DNA from: Octopus vulgaris
Lineage: Eukaryota
Direction of reading: 5' to 3'
Length of the DNA: 64,000 nucleotides
Assembly (NCBI GenBank): GCA_951406725.2
Contig: OX597817.1
Coordinates: forward strand, 145,948,001-146,012,000
The notes below the pieces were generated by a model. It was not told the origin of the DNA, made no database searches, and saw only the letters and a program-made list of their open reading frames with translations. This document shows positions 24,993 to 37,340 of this stretch, in pieces. Position 1 is the first letter of the stretch; each line of letters begins with the position of its first letter. The position numbers and the translations under genes were made by a program.

Positions 24993-27900
24993 TACAAGTT
25001 ATAAAAATAATTTTTTAAAAATATACATTACTGTTTCTACTTCATGGATTTTCATCTATCGTGGGCGTTTTGGAACATAACACCCACGTTAGTCGAGGGA
25101 TTACTCTGTGTGTGTGTGCATGTGTGTGGGTGTGTGTAAGCTCGTAATTTTCACCAATGAGGAGAAACAAAAATGAGAACACAAAAGAGCATGAAAGACA
25201 TCACTTCTTTGTTGCGTCAAGTAATTTTACCAGCAGTCATTGCTGCTGTAGATCAAGAACAGGTCTTGTAGTCCACATGTGAGCCACATCAGAGATGATT
25301 ATTGAACAAGGACAGTCAACATCAACCTACAACGGACAGTACCAAAAGAAAATATATATACATATATATATATAGGGGGAGAGAAGGGGTAGTAAAAGAG
25401 AGATACAGAGAGTGAGTTAAAGTAATTGGTTGTTGATAGACTGGGGACATAGTTATAAGTCTTTTTTTCCAGTTTACAGAGATTGCACAACATGTCAAGA
25501 GATGTCAAGATGCCCAGACATACTTTTGCAATTGACTGCAAGCGTTAGACAGACTGTATTTGATAGCAAAGCTGTTGTTTTGTTTACAGTGAGAAGACAG
25601 GGAGAAATACTCACTCAGACACACACACACACATAAATGACAGACATCTTCAGTTTCTGCTTACCAGTTTCACTCATAAGGCATTAGTCAACCTAGACAG
25701 TCTGCGAGCTATGTGATATACAGCTTCGGTTGCCGTTCAGTCTGGCTTTAAAAAGACATTCTGTTAGTCTTCACAAATGATATAAGTAGTAACAAGTAGC
25801 CTACTAATTGTGGATTGTTTAAAATTCGTTAGAAATGCCTGAAGAATCTAATTTAATTAGCGATCTGGCATAGGTAGAAGGAAAATCTGTCATGATGGTG
25901 AATGGAACAATTACCATCTTTACTGGAAAAACCTAGGGATAGAGCAGAAAGAATATCAGTGTCTTTTGGAAAACAATATATTTTCAAGACTTCAATATAT
26001 TAAGGAAGCGAGCTGGCAGAGTCGTTAGCACACCGGGCGAAATGCTTAGCAGTATTTCGTCTGCTGTTACGTTCTGAGTTCAAATTCCGCCAAGGTTGAC
26101 TTTGCCTTTCATCCTTTTGGGGTCAATTAAATAAGTACCAGTTAAGCACTGAGGTCGATGTAACTGACTTAATCCCTTTGTCTGTCCCCTCTATGTTTAG
26201 ACCCCTGTGGGCAATAAGGAAATGAATATATTTTCAAGATGTCTGGAGGATGATGCTTTGATAAGAAAACACATCATAAAAAAGCATATCCGTTACCATT
26301 CGATACCTATAGAGTATGTTGGTGATATTGAATTGGAGAAAATGTACCCAATACAAGTTCTCTCTTACTGGTTTTAGTCATTGGACTGCAGCCATGCTGG
26401 AATACTAAAGGTTTTAGTTGAACAAATTGACCCCTGTACTTACTTTCTTTTTTTAAAGTCTGGTACTTGTTTAATTGATCTCTTTTGCTGAATTACTAAG
26501 TTACAGGGATATAAATGAACCAACACCAGTTGTCAAACAGTGGAGGGACAAACACAAAGGCACACACATACAAAGGCTTCGCAGTTTCCATCTACCAAAT
26601 TCACTCACAGGGAATCGGTCAGCCCAGAGCTATGGTAGGAGACACTGGTTCAAGATGTCATGCAGTGTGATTGAACCCAAAACCACATGGTTGCTAAGTG
26701 AGCTTCTTAGCAATACAGTCACTTGTTGTAGAGTACAATTATCAAATATTCAGTTGATGCCATCTTTAGCACTACAATGATTTTCCATGTGCAGGAAAGA
26801 CATGAGCAAGAAGATTCTAGAGAGCCAACATTCCGAATAATACAGGCTGAGTGATGTGGTTATTGCAGGACTTGGGAGAGGTTGAATACAACAAGCTGAT
26901 GAGAAGAAACAATGAATGGAAGAGACTGAAGGTCAACCAACTCTAAGGAACAGAGGTCATTAGAGTAATGACAGAGAAAGAGACGGCATGTTTATATACA
27001 GGTGGGATATATAAAACTGTTGACTATAAAGAGATAAAATGTGAAACCATCATCATCATTTAACATCCATTTTCCATGCTGGCATTGGTTGGATGGTTTG
27101 ACAGAAGCTGGGCAGCTGGGGAGTTGTCCAAACTCCAATTGTCTGTTGTGGCATGGTTTCTATGGCTGGATGCCCTTCCCAATGCCAACCACCTCACAGA
27201 GTATGCAGGGTGCTTTTTATGTGCCAGCATATTCTGTGAGGTGGTTGGCATTGGGAAGGGCATCCATAGAATTACAATGCATCTAGTTCCCATAAATTCT
27301 AACACTAAGTCACAAATAGAGCTATCTGTCAATTTGGGTTTCAAATTTTGGCACAACGCCAGAAATTTTGGGGGAGGGGGCTATTAGTTGATTACACCGA
27401 CCCCCAGCGTTTAACTAGTACTTACTTATTTTATCAACCCCAAAACCATGAAAGGCAAAGTTGACCTTGGTGACATTTTTATTTCTTTATTGCCCACAGG
27501 GGGCTAAACATAGAGGGGTCAAACAAGGACAGACAAGGGGATTAAGTCAATTACATCAATCCCAGTGATTAACTGGTACTTATTTAATTGACCCCGAAAG
27601 GGTGACAGGCAAAGTCGACCTCGGCAGAATTTGAACTCAGAACATAATGTGGCAACATTTGAAGTCAGAAGAAATGCTACTAAGCATTTGTTCTTTTGGT
27701 CTCTTTTGCTGAACTACTAAGTTTCAGGGACATAAATGAACCAACACCACTTGTCAAACTGTGGAGGGACAAACACAAAGGCACACACACACAGATGCTT
27801 CGCAGTTTCCATCTACCAAATTCATTCACAAGGAATTGGTTAGCAGCTTGGAGCTATCCATCTTCACAATGGTTTGGATGTGGATGTGGGAGGGTGAGAG

Positions 27901-28419
27901 AGAGAGTCTTATAACAACCAAAGATAAATACAAAATTCTTTCACTTTTAACATATTTCATTGAAAGAAAAACTATATTCAGAAGATATTAGTTTATTTGA
28001 ACCAGAAAATAAGAGATTACAAATTTGGTTTTTCCTAACTTCTAAGTCATTCTTTTAAGATTTATAAGAAGTTTTTTTCCCAATGACTGTGCTATGTTGC
28101 TATTCAGTTTTATATGAGTGGAGAGATTGAGACAAAAGATAAATGATAAAGTCTGAGATTATTTGATAGCAGAGCTGACTTTCCAATATTCATTTCAATT
28201 TCTTAGTTTACTGAAATGAAATTACAAAAAAAAAAAAAATTTAACTGATAGTAGATTTAGGCTGAATCAACCCTTTTGATATTAACCTGCTTAAGACTAC
28301 TCCTGGTTCTGTGATTAAACTAAACTAAAACATTCATTCAAATTTTCATGCTGTTTAAAACACCAGCTTAATAATAACAAAATTATTTTAGTAAATTCTT
28401 CAATAATATATTAAAACTA

Positions 28420-29080
28420 AAGCCACGTAAAAAGCACCAGAGCTGGTTCCATGTAAAAAGCACTGGTGCTAATGCCACATAAAAAGCACCGGTGTTGGTG
28501 CCACATGAAAAGCACCGATGCTGCTACCACATGAAAAGTACCAGTGCTGGTGGCACATAAAAAGCACAGGTGCTGGTACTGCATAAAAAGCACAGGTGCT
28601 GGTGCCACATATAAAGCATCGGTGCTGGTTCCATGTAAAAAACACCGGAGCTGTTTCCCTGTAAAAAGCACTGGTGCTGGTGCCACATGAAAAGCACTGG
28701 TGCTGGTGCCACATGAAAAGCACTAGTGCTGATGCCACATAAAAAGCACTGGTGCTGGTTCCATGTAAAAAGCACTGGAGCTGGTTCCCTGTAAAAGCAC
28801 CGGAGCTGGTTCCATGTAAAAAGCACCGGTGCTGGTGCCACATAAAAAGTACCAGAGCTGGTGTCCCATAAAAAGCACCAGAGCTGGTGTCCCATAAAAA
28901 GCACCAGTGCTGGTGTCCCATAAAAAGCACCAGTGCTGGTGCCACATAAAAAGCACCCAGTACACTCTGTAAAGTGGTTGGCATTAGGAAGGGCATTCAA
29001 CAGTGTAAATCATGCCAAAACAGACAACTGGATTCTGGTGCAGCTCTCTGACTTGCCAGCTCCTTTCATCCATCCAAACT
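28420..29080 (+). repeat. ~27-bp minisatellite (about 20 units, GCCACATAAAAAGCACCAGTGCTGGT) attached to an RTE-3'UTR end
   Basis: Tandem units at 28420-28960, followed by CAGTACACTCTGTAAAGTGGTTGGCATTAGGAAGGGCAT. Confidence 0.88.
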
Positions 29081-31758
29081 ATGCTTGATGCTCTTCTGTT
29101 GTCAACCTTCACCTGTTTCCAAGGAGTGTTGTATTGTCCTCATGGCCAGATGTGTCACATGGAAGATTGGAAATGAAGGACAGCAATTGTATGAAGGTGA
29201 CATTCATTTACAACTATCACATGACGCCAAGGCAAGGAGACAGTAAAACACAGGCAAAGAAAGAGTAATACATACATGCACACACACAGGCTTCTTATAG
29301 TTTCCATCAACCAAATTCACTCACAAGGTTTTGGTTGGCCCAGGGTTATAATAGAAAACACTTGCCTAAGTGGGTGTCACGTAGTGGGGCTGAACCTGAA
29401 ACCATGTGGTTGGGAAGCAAACTTCTCACCACACAGCCACACCTGTGCCTATTAAAAACAATTGCTTTATCATGAGATAAAATAAAACTCTCGCTGACTA
29501 ATGAAAGTCAACATTGTAAAATTCATTCCAACAAACCCAAATGCTCAGCATTTTTGGATTATTTTCTCTAAAGATGGCTATCTGATTGTGAAAGAGCAAT
29601 TCTTTCTCTCATAGAGACTTTGAGATGTCTATCTCTGATCTGTAGTCAAAATCTCAAACAGTAATAATGATGAATATAGACATAAGGTCTGCAGTTTTTG
29701 AGAGTAGGAAGCAAAAATTTCAAACAGAAGTCCGTGGGATAGAACGAAATAAACTCCCATCAAGAAATTCTAAAAGGAAATGGGGATCTTTTCGGTTTGA
29801 ACGGCAGTTTTTTCTAGTGGTGTCATATGAAACTGTCACCCATAATTATAACCCTAGTATCGATCTATTGCATTTCAATCTGTTTTAGGGTTAGGGTTAC
29901 GGGTTGGGGGAAGGGTATCTTTTTTCTTCAGAAATGTAAATAAACCCAATCTGTTTCTTAAACGAGGGACATATTCAGGTGGAAACTAGGAAACCCATTG
30001 TGTGTATGTGTGATTTTGTCATTATGTTGCTTGCATGCTGCATAAAGAAAAACAACGCCACCTATCTATGTGATAGTATCTTTGATTACAATCAGCCATG
30101 AAAACATATCAGGGCATTGAGGTATTAGTCGTTTCAAGTACTACAGGAAATTGTAGCTTACTTGGAAACAATTGAGGAAAGGCATCCAAGTGTAGGAAAA
30201 CTACCTCAGAGTTTCCTCTGACTCATGCCAGCATGGAAAAGTAGATGTTAAAACAATAGCAATGATGATGATGAATGTAAATAAAAAAAAAAACGAATCA
30301 AAAGACAATTCAAGATCAAAATCACCACATCCAGAAAATTCTATTAAATCTTCACAAATTATTAGCAAAAGATTTCTTCATGTCTCAAATGAAATATTAC
30401 ATCAAAGTTGAATTTCTGCTAAACCTAAAAATGTAATGCTATGTAACAAATATTTATGGCCTGGTTTTAATACCTCCTTGGCTGGAATGCTTGCTGAAGG
30501 CACCCAAGGACAAGTCTCTCTCCCTTTCTCCTATCTTTCCAACAGCTTTGCAGACCCTAAGAAAGAATCATGGGTTAATGCCGTTCCTATTCTGGCTAAG
30601 CTATGCAAAAAACGAAAAAAATGAAACAATAATAATAATAATAATGGGATTAAAAAACATGAGTAGGTAATATATTAGAAGAGAAAACAGACTGACAAGT
30701 TAGGGAAATAACTGCCTGCCATTTTTAACATCAATCAGTTTAGTGTAAGGGATAGAGTTAACATACTTTCTCCCAGCTGAGGAAGTAAGGCTGCTGCTTT
30801 ATATTATAGTCTGCCACATAAAAGAGATCAACTAATACTCCCATGGCAATAAATGTCTTGGCTTTTAAAATCTGGTCTTGTTTTATAGATGTCTACTCTC
30901 CAGATAAAACTACTTACAGAGAGCCTGTTTAGTAGGTTTGTTTTCAGCTGTGCTAAAATGCTAGTTCACATAGTGTTAGATCAGAATATACAGGACTTGC
31001 CTTATTGAATATATGTGTAGGTTTTTAGGAAGAATTGCAGGCTAACTCCAAGTAAACCAGAGAAAAAGAACTGTTTTAGTGTGCCATTCATTTGAATCAG
31101 CTGAAATGAGGGTGTTATTAAATTATCAGAATATAGGCATGGCTGTGTGGTTAAGTTTGTTTTCCAACCACCTGATTTGGGGTTCAGTCTCATTCTTTGG
31201 TACCTTAGGCAGATTCTACTACAGGCCCTGGCTAATCAAAGCTTTGTTGAGTAGATTTGGCAAACAGAAACTGAAAGAAGCTCAGCATTAAAATTATACA
31301 TCTGTTTGCTATTTACACACCCATCTTCGTCTTTTGTTTTTTTGTAAATTCTCACTATATATATATATTTATTCTTTTATTTGTTTCAGTCATTTGACTG
31401 CGGCCATGCTGGAGCATTGCCTTTTTAATCGAACAAGTCGACCCCAGGACTTATTCTTTATATGCCTAGTACTTATTCTATTGGTCTCTTTTGCCAAACT
31501 GCTAAGTTACAGGGATGTAAACACACCAACATCAGTTGTCAAGTGACGAGGAGGGAGGACAGACAAACACACACACACACACACACAAACATACATACAC
31601 AATGGGCTTCTTTCAGTTTCTGTCTACTAAATCCAATCATAAGGCTTTGGTCAGCCCGCAGATATAGTAGAAGACACTTGCCCAATGTGTCATGCAGTGG
31701 GACTGAACCTGGAACCATGTGGTTGGTAAGCAAGCTACTTACCACACAGCCACCCCTA

Positions 31759-31795
<37 letters not shown>

Positions 31796-31922
31796 TTGTA
31801 CATACGACCATGCATGTGTGTTGGTGTATATTTATGTCTCCTCCTGGCATTTCATGATAGTTGTTAAAGAGTGTCACCATTATACAAGTTGTGCTGTTTG
31901 TTTGTAATCTTCCATGAAAATA

Positions 31923-31999
31923 CAGGGATGGCCATAAGTTGCATTACCCGTTTCTTTATAATTATTAGAAATGGGTAAAGCAACTTATGGCCATCCCTG
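31923..31999. mobile_element. 77-bp foldback Tc1/mariner-type MITE
   Basis: TA|CAGGGATGGCCATAAGTTGC ... GCAACTTATGGCCATCCCTG|TA. Perfect 20-bp TIR with TA duplication, inserted into an older repeat. Confidence 0.85.
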
Positions 32000-34646
32000 T
32001 ATATCTGACCATGAGGGAAAACATTATCTTTAAGGAAACATGTGAAGGCTAGCAAAAGGAAAAAGCATCTGGCCATAGAAAATCTACCTTGATGAATCCT
32101 ATCTGACCAATGCAAGCGTGGAAAACTAAGAAACCCATCATGTGTGTGTGTGTGTGTGTGATTTTGTCATTATGTTGTTTGCATGCTGCATAAAGAAAAA
32201 CAATGCAACCTATCTGTGTGATAGTATCTTTGATTGCAATCTGCCATGAAAACATATCAGGGCATTGCAGTATTAGTCGTTTCAGGAAATTGTAGCTTAC
32301 TTGGAAACAAGTGAGGAAAGGCAACAGAAGGAGTATCTAAGTGTAGGATGTCAAATGTAAAGCTTATTTATTCACATTGTTTTCAATTTATCAAGCATTA
32401 TCTCATAGCTTTAAGATTTTGATGATGAGACTGTTTATTAATAGAATGACATTGTTGGATAGGTGTGAAAAGCCTGACCTAGCCAGTTTGAACATAAAGC
32501 AGGTAAAATATTTGGGCCAGTATGGCCAGTCTAAATACTAAAGGGTTAAAACAACAACATTAACAACAATGGTGATGATGTTGATGGGGAGGGGGCAGGG
32601 GATACATTGGTGCCTTGAAAGGTCTTATAACTAATTATAAGATACCAATCCTCAATAACTAACCAAAACAGCCACCATGATTCTTATCTTTTCTTTTCCA
32701 TATGTAATCAAAAGAATGAAGATAGAAAGCAGAATCCTTGCCAATTTTGCTCAATAAAACAAAAGCAGTTATCTTTCAGGTAGAAATAATAAATGTTTAC
32801 AGAAGAAAAATAACACATCTTTGGCAGAATTCAACACCTGATAAAGAATAACCCTTTCTTCTCTTTTTAATCTTCATTTTCAGTTTTCACACATATTCCT
32901 ATTGTAAGTTATTGGGGATAAAAAAAAACAACAACACACTAAGATTGTTTTATTTTGTTTTGTTTTTTTTCTTTGGTGGCTGTTGAAATATTGCTCAATA
33001 CTGTCTCGCATCTACGAAGTGCAAAGGTAATATACAAAATGCAGGTATTAATATTTCAAAATTGAAGACACTGAGCTGGCAGACTCATTAGCATATCAGA
33101 TGAAATGCTCTTTTACTCTTTTACTTGTTATAGTCATTTGACTGTGGCCATGCTGGAGCACCGTCTTTAGTCGAGCAAATCGACCCCAGGACTTATTCTT
33201 TGTAAGCTTAGTACTTATTCTATTGGTCCCTTTTGCCGAACTGCTAAGTTACGGGAACGTAAACACACAAGCATCGGTTGTCAAGCAATGCTGGGGGACA
33301 AACACAGACACACAAACATATACACACACATATATATATACGACAGGCTTCTTTCAGTTTCTGTCTACCAAATCCACTCGCAAGGCTTTGGTCAGCCCAA
33401 GGCTATAGTAGAAGACACTTTCCCAAAGTGCCACGCAGTGGGACTGAACCCAGAACTATGTGGTTCGTAAGAAAGCTACTTACCACACAGCTACTCCTAA
33501 GCACATTTCTTCTGGCTCTTTATGATCTGAGAACATATTCTGCCAAGATTGACTTTGTCTTTCTTCCTTTTGATGCCAATAAAATAAGTAGTGGCTGTGT
33601 GGTAAGAAGCTTGCATTCCAACCTCATGGTACCAGGTTCAATCCTACCGTGTGGCACTTTGGGCAAGTGTCTTCTATTGCAGCCTTGGGCCAACCAAAGC
33701 CTTGTGAGTGGATTTGGTATACAGAACCTGAAAGAAGAGGTGTGTGTGTGTGTGACCTACTGCTACTTCACAACCAGTGTTGGTGTGTTTGCATCCCCAT
33801 AACTTAGCAGTTCGGCAAAAGAGACCAGATAGAATAAGTACCAAGCTTATATATAATTAAAAAAAAGTACTGGGATCAATTCATTTAACTAACAATTCTT
33901 CAGGGTGATGCCCCAGCATGGCCACAGTCTAATAACAGAAACAAATAAAAGAAAAGGATAACGAAATGCACCACACACAAGTACATGCACACTCAAAAAC
34001 ATGGCCCATACACCCTGCACGAGTTTTTGTAGCAAGCATGAAACCGAAATACAACAAATCCTTTGTCACCTACAACAATTTCTTGTCACTAAGCTTCCGC
34101 TAGGTCTTTCCCCAACCACATACTAACAAAGTACAAATCACTTAAACAATAGATAACATCAACTACTTGATGTGTACCATCGGTGTTTACACTAGGTTAA
34201 GGAAAATGAAAACCAAAAAACAAACAAACATAAATAAATAAATAAATAAATACAAACATCAACTGTTACAGTTTCTTCTCTAACACATTCCCCCCCCCCG
34301 TAGTAACTAATATAGTTATCTAGAATTTCACTGCTATGCTCCACCACCACCACCACCACTTAAACTGCCATGTTGCACTCTGCTTTTTACTACATTCATC
34401 ACTTTTTCAGATCATGGCAGCTGTACTTCATCCCAAGTACAGCTACCTCACATACCCCACTACGCCCCCCACCCCACCCTGCGTGGCACTCACCCTTCCT
34501 TCCCATGCACCCTAACATAATACCAATTTCACATTAACAGTGCCCCTAACCCCTTCTAAACCAGTTCCTTTCCCTGATTGATTTAAGATAGCTACCACTG
34601 TCTTTGGTTAGGGCTCTGCCTTCCCCTCACAAAATAGAGAAAAAAA

Positions 34647-34684
<38 letters not shown>

Positions 34685-34938
34685 AAATGGAAAGCAAAAA
34701 TAACAACGATGATGATGATGGTTACTTAATGTAATGTGAATCCCTAATTATGGAATAGTAAAGGTGAAATCAAAAGCCAAAAAAATCATGCTCATTCACA
34801 AAGAAAGCATTGCTACAACACATATCAACCAGTAATCGCAATGAATCTGATAGTCCAACCCATTCTAGCTTGGGACGTTAAATGATAAATGCTGAAAATA
34901 GTCATCATCATGGCAGTGGTGGCAGCAAACAACAACAG

Positions 34939-35402
34939 TGGAGGCGCAATGGCCCAGTGGTTAGGGCAGCGGACTCGCGGTCGTAAGAACGCAGTTTCAA
35001 TTCTCAGACTGGGCATTGTGAGTGTTTATTGAGCAAAAACACCTAAGCTCCACGAGGCTCTGGCGGGGGCGGGGAGGAGTGGTGAACCCCGCTGTACTCT
35101 TTCACCACAACTTTCGCTCACTCTTTCTTCCTACTTCTGCCACGAACTTTCAGACACTAGTCCAGATTGCGAATCCTCTGTACCCCAGGATGGTTCAGCT
35201 CTCCACCCGTTAAAAGCCACCGTTTACGGAATGAGGATAACAACGTAGCTTTCGCACCCGTGCAACCGCCAATCTATCGCATGTAGTTGGTGGATCTTCA
35301 AGTTGCTGCACGCATTCTTAGTAGCCTAGAGTAGACTTGAATTAGAGATTATTCTTTGTGGCTAATGGCGTGAGTCCTGATTGGAAGAAGAAGACAACAA
35401 CA
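34939..35402 (+). mobile_element. tRNA-headed SINE family D, copy 2 (different 3' body)
   Basis: Same head as the copy at 2881, then an unrelated 3' half ending in (GAA)n(CAA)n. Confidence 0.7.
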
Positions 35403-36221
35403 ATTGTTTCTGACTTGAGCACAAAGAGAGGGGATTAGGTGATATCATTGACCCCCAGTACTTAGCTAGTACTTAATTTTTGTTTTTTACTTGTTTCAGT
35501 CATTAGACTGTGGCCAGGCTGGGGCACTACGTTGAAGAACTTTTAATCAAATGAATCAACATCAGTTTTTGTTTATTATTTTTTAAAAGACTGGTACTTA
35601 ATCTATCTGATATGTCTCTTTTGTTGAACTGCTAAGTTACAGGGATGTAAACACACCAACACCAGTTGTCAAGCAGTGATGGGGAACAAACAGACACAAA
35701 CACACACACACATGATGGGCTTCTTTCCATTTCCATCTACCAAATTTACCCACAAGGCCTTGGTCAGCCGAAGGCTATAGAAGACGCTTGCCCAAGGTGC
35801 CATGCAGTGGGACTGAACCTGGAACCATGTGGTTGGGAAGCAAGCTTCTTACCACACAGACATGTCTGAAAAGATGAAAGACAAAGTCAATCTCAATGAG
35901 ATTTGAACCCAGAATGGAAACAACAAAAATAAATATTACAAAGTATTTTTTCCCAGTGCTGTACCAATTCTGCCAATAACTTTTCTTTGGTACAGAGATA
36001 TCTAATGGACAAGATCAGGTGCAACGCAAGGGTAATCCCGAATAATTATGTGAAAAATATCTGTGGTATGGGGACTCACCCCTCTCCATCCAGCAAAGCT
36101 TTTTGTCTGTTTACATGATGTCACAGACCTTATAGTTCTGGCCCATCTCAACCCCACAATATCATTGACAAAATCATAGTTATCATTATATAAACTCCGC
36201 AGAATCAAAGGAGGAATAGCC

Positions 36222-37340
36222 AAGCCACATTGTTAAGTGTGGAACGCTTGCATCGGAAGAATATGAATGGAGGTTTGAAAACACTGCCACAACTGTGCCT
36301 GGAAAGTTGTGTGAGAAACACAAACTATGGCATGAGAAGCAGCTTGAAACCAGTGGTAGAGCCAAATGAAATGAAGCTAGTTCAGGATTTCAACATCTAA
36401 TGTGATCACAAGATACCAGAAAGAAGATCTGATATTGTCGAGATAGAGAAATGACTTTGCCAGTACCACATAAAAATCACCCAGTACACTCTGTAAAGTG
36501 GATGGTGTTAGGAAGGGCATCCAGCTGTAGAAACCATGCCAGAGCAGACAGTTGGAGCCTAATGCAGCTCACTGGCTGGCCAGTTCCTGTCAAACTGTTG
36601 TTCAACCTATGACAGCATCGAAAACAGATATTAAATGACGATGACATGTAACAGATGTAGCGTCACCACTGGATAATAGAAGGTGTGAGAGGGAAGAGGG
36701 AAAGACTGAGAAACATCAAAACTTGAAGACAAAAATTTATAATGTCTTTATTAACATGGGCATAGGAGTGGCTATGTGGTAAGTAGCTTGCTTACGAATT
36801 ACATGGTTTCGGGTTCAGTCCCATTGCATAGCACCTTGGGCAAGTGTCTTCTTCTATAGCCTCAGGCCAACCAAAGTGTCTTCTACTATAGACGGAAATA
36901 GAAAGAAGCCCGTTGTATGTATGTATGTATATATGTGTGTGTGTGTTTGTGTATCTGTGTTTGCACCCCCCCCTCAACATCGCTTGACAACCGATGCTGA
37001 TGTGTTTACGTCCCCGTAACTTAGCAGTTCAGCAAAAGGAGACCAATAGAATAAGTGCTAGGCTTACAAAGAATAAGACCTGGGGTCGATTTGCTCGACT
37101 AAAGGCAGTGCTCCAGCATGGCCACAGTCAAATGACTGAAACAAGTAAAAGAGTATGACATAAAATGTGAGGCATGAAAACAGTTGAAGTTGTAACAGCA
37201 GAAATGGGGTAATTTGGGGAACAAAAACAACTAAAATAAAAAACATAGTGAAATTTGGAATTGAGACATTTACAGAACTTCTACAGAAGATAGCACTATT
37301 ACAAATATCTGAGATTTTGAAGAAGGTTCTGGAAATATAA
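36222..37340 (+). mobile_element. Decayed R4/Dong-like non-LTR retrotransposon C-terminus (restriction-like endonuclease), split by two younger insertions
   Basis: Conceptual translation: SHIVKCGTLASEEY...KLCEKHKLWHE...KLVQDFNI*CDHKIPERRSDIVEIEK / VTDVASPLDNR...EKHQNLK / ...ELLQKIALLQISEILKKVLEI*. This resembles the HI..GC..LA..EY / LWDF.IQTD..I..RRPDIV / IDVA.P / ELLQK.ALL...ILRKVL motifs of R4-clade RLE domains. Confidence 0.75.

Noticed and set aside
28417-29000. Overlapping 80-175 aa ORFs
   Set aside because: They are by-products of a stop-poor 27-bp tandem repeat, with no splice signals or known domain.
29885-29903. True interstitial telomere or chromosome fusion site
   Set aside because: Only two perfect TTAGGG units, embedded in an element-like segment.
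34939-35020. tRNA gene
   Set aside because: It is a tRNA-like SINE head with no complete cloverleaf or acceptor stem, and it continues into a SINE body.
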